Below are positions 59,484-64,000 of a stretch of 64,000 nt of DNA, piece after piece (positions within the stretch are counted from its first letter, which is position 1; every line of letters begins with the position of its first letter). The stretch is from contig CDROCS010005826.1 in the NCBI GenBank assembly GCA_977020255.1, positions 62,001 through 126,000 of the forward strand. Reading direction: 5' to 3'. This DNA is from Obrimoposthia wandeli. Lineage: Eukaryota. The notes beneath the pieces were generated by a model. The model was not told the origin of the DNA. It worked only from the letters and a program-made list of their open reading frames with translations, and ran no database searches. Both the position numbers and the translations under genes were made by a program.

Positions 59484-62400
59484 AGTAGGTAGATGTTTCT
59501 GTCTAAGCCACCGCCCTCCACAACCACTGTCCTTTAAAACCGTGCATGTGTGTAGAGTGAAATTTCGTGCATGTGTGTGGAGTGAAATTTCGTGCATGTG
59601 TGTGGAGTTAAATAAATCTATACATGTCCTGAGACGTGTTTACATATTTATACTTGTGCAGTTTACTGGCGGTTGATGGTACGGTGGTCAAGGTGGGGAA
59701 ATGAAATTGGAAGATTAAGCGCATGGAATACTTAATAGCAATATAAATACAGGGTCGCGAAAAAAATTCCATATAAATATTTAAATCCAGATACACTCAA
59801 AAGCAAGTTTTTTCCTCATAATACCCTCCAAACACGCCCAGTCGAGAAAATATTACGATTTTTTAATAATTATTTTAATCCAATGATATACATGTATACA
59901 ATCATCGTTAAAAACTATCGGAAAGTTAATGATACTGGGTGTATTGAAAGCGTTGAGCAAACTAGATTTATTTCAAGAGCCCATCAACTGTATTCCCATA
60001 AGTCAAAAAATCGATTTGAGTAGAAATGACGACAAGCGCTTTTGGGTAGAAAGAACGCTAGCCTGGCTTATGGAATCTTCCGAATTTAAACGGTCTTCAT
60101 TTTTGATTATTTTGTATAGTTTTTAAAATTTTATATATGGTACCTTGACTTTAACTTTTGTTATTTTGATACTTTTTTAGGTTGGGCATTATCTTTGCTG
60201 ACAGATCTCCTTGTGATATTCTGTTTAATAAATGTATATAAAATATTTTGTCTTATGTATTTTATTATCTTTCCCTTATATTTTAATTTTGTAGGGTTTT
60301 TAAAAATAATTCAAAATAAAACATGTTTTTAAAAAATATTTATTATTATAACACATTAACCGATTTGCAACGATAACCATAAAATACATAAATGTCCACA
60401 GTTTCTCATTGCTGGATACTGGTATTGTATCTTGTTGTAAAATACTCTTCTTCATCCTTTTTGAATAGACGAAACAAGTTTGTGTGGATAATACGTTGCA
60501 AGTGGATTAAATACATGTATTGTCCACTCTCTAACATAAATAGCTATCAAATGTTATCTTGGTAAATTCGAAGTGTGAGTATTGATAATGTAACGTTCAG
60601 ATTGAAAAAATGAAATCATATCAATAGGATAAACTCAATCGAATTTATCACCCAGGACCTTCTCTGCTGATTTGTGAACTTGTACTGAACTAAATTAAAA
60701 TTAATAAATATACATTTTAAAAAATGACTTACTTCATTCTATAATATGACAGTTTTGTTTTAATGATTTGTATTTCCTAATAAAATACTTGAAAATAAGC
60801 AGCGTAGTAGGATGTGTTAAAGCTGCATTGAATTTAATTTCTAGTCGTAAATTTCCATATTTTGGTACATTAGTTGGCATTAGTTTATATCAAAGTCTGG
60901 TGCCAAAAATATGAAGAACGGACAGCTGCTTTTAAACTCTGTGAAAGAAATACCATTGTTTATATGTTTATCTAGTTGACTCAAATTCCGAATAATGGAT
61001 TGTTGAAATACACAATTCAGTTTTGGCGAAACTCATTTTGCAAATATTGTTCCTTCAACGTTTGTTTATCTTCATTTTTTGCTATAAGCTTCAATTATTG
61101 CCGGATTCACCATTTTGTTTTCTTAAATGTATTTTTAAACTTGTCTTGGCTCCGTACGTGAAATCTATTAGTTTTCAGGAATCATCTATAATATTTACTC
61201 CAATACTGTTTATAGAAAAGAGAGCAACTGGAAGATACATTGGTTGATTTATACGCATACCGACAACGTCCCCAACTTTATTTTGATTTTGAGATATTCA
61301 TATTGTTCTCAAAAATGGAACTCTAGTCCTCTTACAAGCGTTGGTTCTATTAAACTAGTATACATATATAAATTATTTATAGCATTTAAATGTTTTGCCT
61401 TATTTTTAGCTTTTATGGTTTTTATGTACGGGTTTCAATGGTATTTCTGTTTAAACCGAGCTTTTTAGCGAGTTAATCATCAAATAAACCCGGTTTACTT
61501 TGCTCTTTAATGTAAAAGTCAATTTACCCTTTTTAATGTTACATATTTATCAAAATATTCACTAAATTCCTTCTGTATAAATTTATATAAATTCCCTTCA
61601 TTATCTATTTTATAATCTTTTAAAAACCTTTTCAGTTCCACTACATCCTTTACTCTAGTTTCAAGTAACAACACCTTTAACAACATCTATCAGGAACATT
61701 TCGAACCGATTTAGATGAGACAATATCAGATCTCTTCATACCTACTACATGTTCACTACCAAAACCGAATTAAAGAGCTTCTTTTCCAGATTCGAATATA
61801 ATTTGAATAAGTTGAAAATGTTTTGATCGATTTTTAAATCTGACTTTGTTATTTTCATATATTACTTTCACTTCTTTATCTATACAATTGTAATAGAATT
61901 TTTCTTTACTATCAAACCCAATCACAACTTCAGTTGTTTTTTCATGATTAAATTATTTTGTAAATGAAATATGTGAGTTTTTTCTGATACTAATTGGAGA
62001 ATAATAAAAAGAAAATTCTGTTAAAGCCGCTTCCCATTCTCCTTGGAGATTTATAGGATTTTCCCAAACGATAATAAAGCTACTAGCGTCATTATCTGGT
62101 TGAGTCAAAACCATATAGACTTCATATTATATTAGATGCTAATATCTAAGTTGGATCTGAATAACCATGCCAGTTAACAAAGTATTGTTTATGTTTAACG
62201 GCACCCTTAGATTTTAATATTTTTTGAATACGGAAAACGCTAGGTTTATTTGATATTACTTGTAGTTCTTGCTCGTAAAGTTTACCCTGAGCGATATTAT
62301 TGTTAGCATCTTTAATAGTATACATTATTGGATTACTCTTTTGATCAATTTTACTTATACAAAATATTTCATCGCTCCAATTCTGATCAAAGTTTTTAAT

Positions 62401-64000
62401 AAATGGAGTAGAGATAATTTTCGAAATTCAAACATATTCGTTTTTCTTATATTTAGCTTTTTTCATATTTTCTTTTTTATTCCTGTCCATCCAAATATCC
62501 ATAGAGTTTTTATTAGTAACATCAACAGGTCTCATTCCCTTGAGATCTCTATGTTCAGAGTAATTATATGTATGTATTATTTTATGCAAAAGTTGGATCC
62601 ACTTTTTATTTATTTCTTTTGTCAAATACTTTCTTAGAGTATGATTAAATCTTTCTACTACTGCTGTTTTGTACTGTGAAAACACAGAGTAGTGATTTAT
62701 ATTATTTTGTTTGAATAAACATTGAACTTGCTTATTATAAAATTCTTTTCCTAAATCAGTTTCCACATTTTGTGGAATGTCCTCTTTTAATATTTATTTA
62801 ATGGCTTCAAGCATAGCTATTGAAGACTTTGCTTTAAGTGGAATTGCACGAGAAAACCTGCTAAATACATCAATACATGTTCAAATATATCGATATCCCT
62901 TATTAATGGAAGAATATGGAATCATCTCCATCAAATCCATTTTCTATAAATTATTAGGAGCGCTGGCTTTGTAAGCTCTAGCTGGAAACCTTCTTCTCAT
63001 CGGCTTGTTCAGACTATAGACTACCTGATTGCTCAACCATTTCTGTGTTTTCTCGTAATTCTGTTTTGTTCTTTTGCCAATTTTAAAATGACTGTGTAGC
63101 CAATTGGATTTTTTGGATTGAACCATATATTCTCCATTACAACAGTTGGAATATATAGAAAATTTAAATTTAGGTAAGGAAGGGTTAGCACCCATATCTT
63201 TAGCTGATTTTGAAACAATTGTTTATGTACATGTCGCAGCTATAATACTACTTATAATTGAAGCAACAACTGGAATAACAGCCCCTATGAAACCGCCATT
63301 CTGTTTAAGAATAATATTTCTTTCCTTTTTTTACTTTTTTTATTAACAGTATCTAGAAGAGTTTTTCTATATTTCTTTAATACATTTATCCGTTTTCCTA
63401 TTTTTACTAGTCCTCAAACTATATTATAAAAAACTTCCAATAAATCATCTACAACAAAAGATGGAAATGCTTTAAGAATACTCATTCTCTTATGAGAAGA
63501 GGCTTTGACCAAAGCTTTAAAATAGGGTATGCTTCTTTGTATTTTCTTAATTTTAAAAAAGTTCAATTTGAATATTGTTTATATTCGAAGCTATTTAAGT
63601 TTTTTTTAACTTCGAACTACATAATGTACATAAATAATGTACATTAAAATTTCTTACTCTATGATGACCTCCTTAGGAAAAAATATTTTGAGTGATTATA
63701 TAAATGTTACTTCGCGATGTCTTGCAATATTTGTAAATAAATTATTAAATTCCGATTCCTTGTTAGCTTCCTGATACAAATCATCAATTATTATTACATT
63801 TTTTCAATATTTCTCACCTACTCGCATCAAATCCTTCAATAAATTTGATTTCCTTCAACTTGCCAACTTCTGTTTGGGTTAATCCACTTTCTTTTCCTCT
63901 ACCATGATGCCAATAAATATTTTTGAAACTAGAATTGAAAAGAAATTCATTTTGCAACAATTAACATACGAAATGTGTCTTTCCACTTCCACTGGGACTA
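59484..64000 (-). mobile_element. Polinton copy 4: left terminus, large deletion, polB tail, then right-arm genes; runs off the window
   Basis: AGTAGGTAG terminus at 59484. Then polB tail 59900-60090 (+), adenain 60356-60737, MCP remnants 60745-61060, penton 61091-62125, integrase 62122-63137, pX-like 63215-63552 and ATPase 63650-64000 (all minus). Confidence 0.88.
60356..60737 (-). pseudogene. Adenain protease gene with a 48-nt intron after ATGAA
   Basis: ATGAA|GTAAGT...TTCAG|TACA gives MNT; then VYPIDM, YIINTHTSNLP, IQYQYPA-x-RNCGHLC. Confidence 0.8.

Overview
This is an AT-rich eukaryotic (invertebrate, possibly flatworm-like) genomic window. It is dominated by a cluster of at least five defective, nested or tandem copies of one Polinton/Maverick (adintovirus-like) family: about 1-3628, 10149-30370 (with a nested copy at 17629-27365), 30370-32700 and 59484-64000, plus a diverged relic at 33090-34110. 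No copy is complete. Together they supply the whole gene set: pPolB, integrase, packaging ATPase, penton, double-jelly-roll major capsid, adenain protease, and pX-like and pVI-like core proteins. From these I infer a consensus of roughly 16-17 kb with two converging arms and 5'-AGTAGG termini. Unusual features of the family: (1) a four-exon pPolB gene with a 9-nt start micro-exon, a Cys/His domain and acidic Trp repeats spliced onto its N-terminus; (2) a spliced TBP-like gene; (3) two tandem paralogues of a possible OB-fold/SSB family; (4) a DEDD/MAEL-like protein; (5) a spliced acidic/AT-hook protein; (6) a myristoylation-motif ORF overlapping the integrase start. The rest of the window holds a mitochondrial insertion (trnD-trnL2-trnR-trnS1-atp6-nad6-nad5), Tc1/mariner (DD37D maT, DD34D mariner, pogo), MULE, Gypsy and Penelope-like relics, MITEs and a few orphan host-like exons. 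All calls come from motif reading and copy-to-copy comparison by eye. No database search was run, and boundaries of degraded features are approximate.
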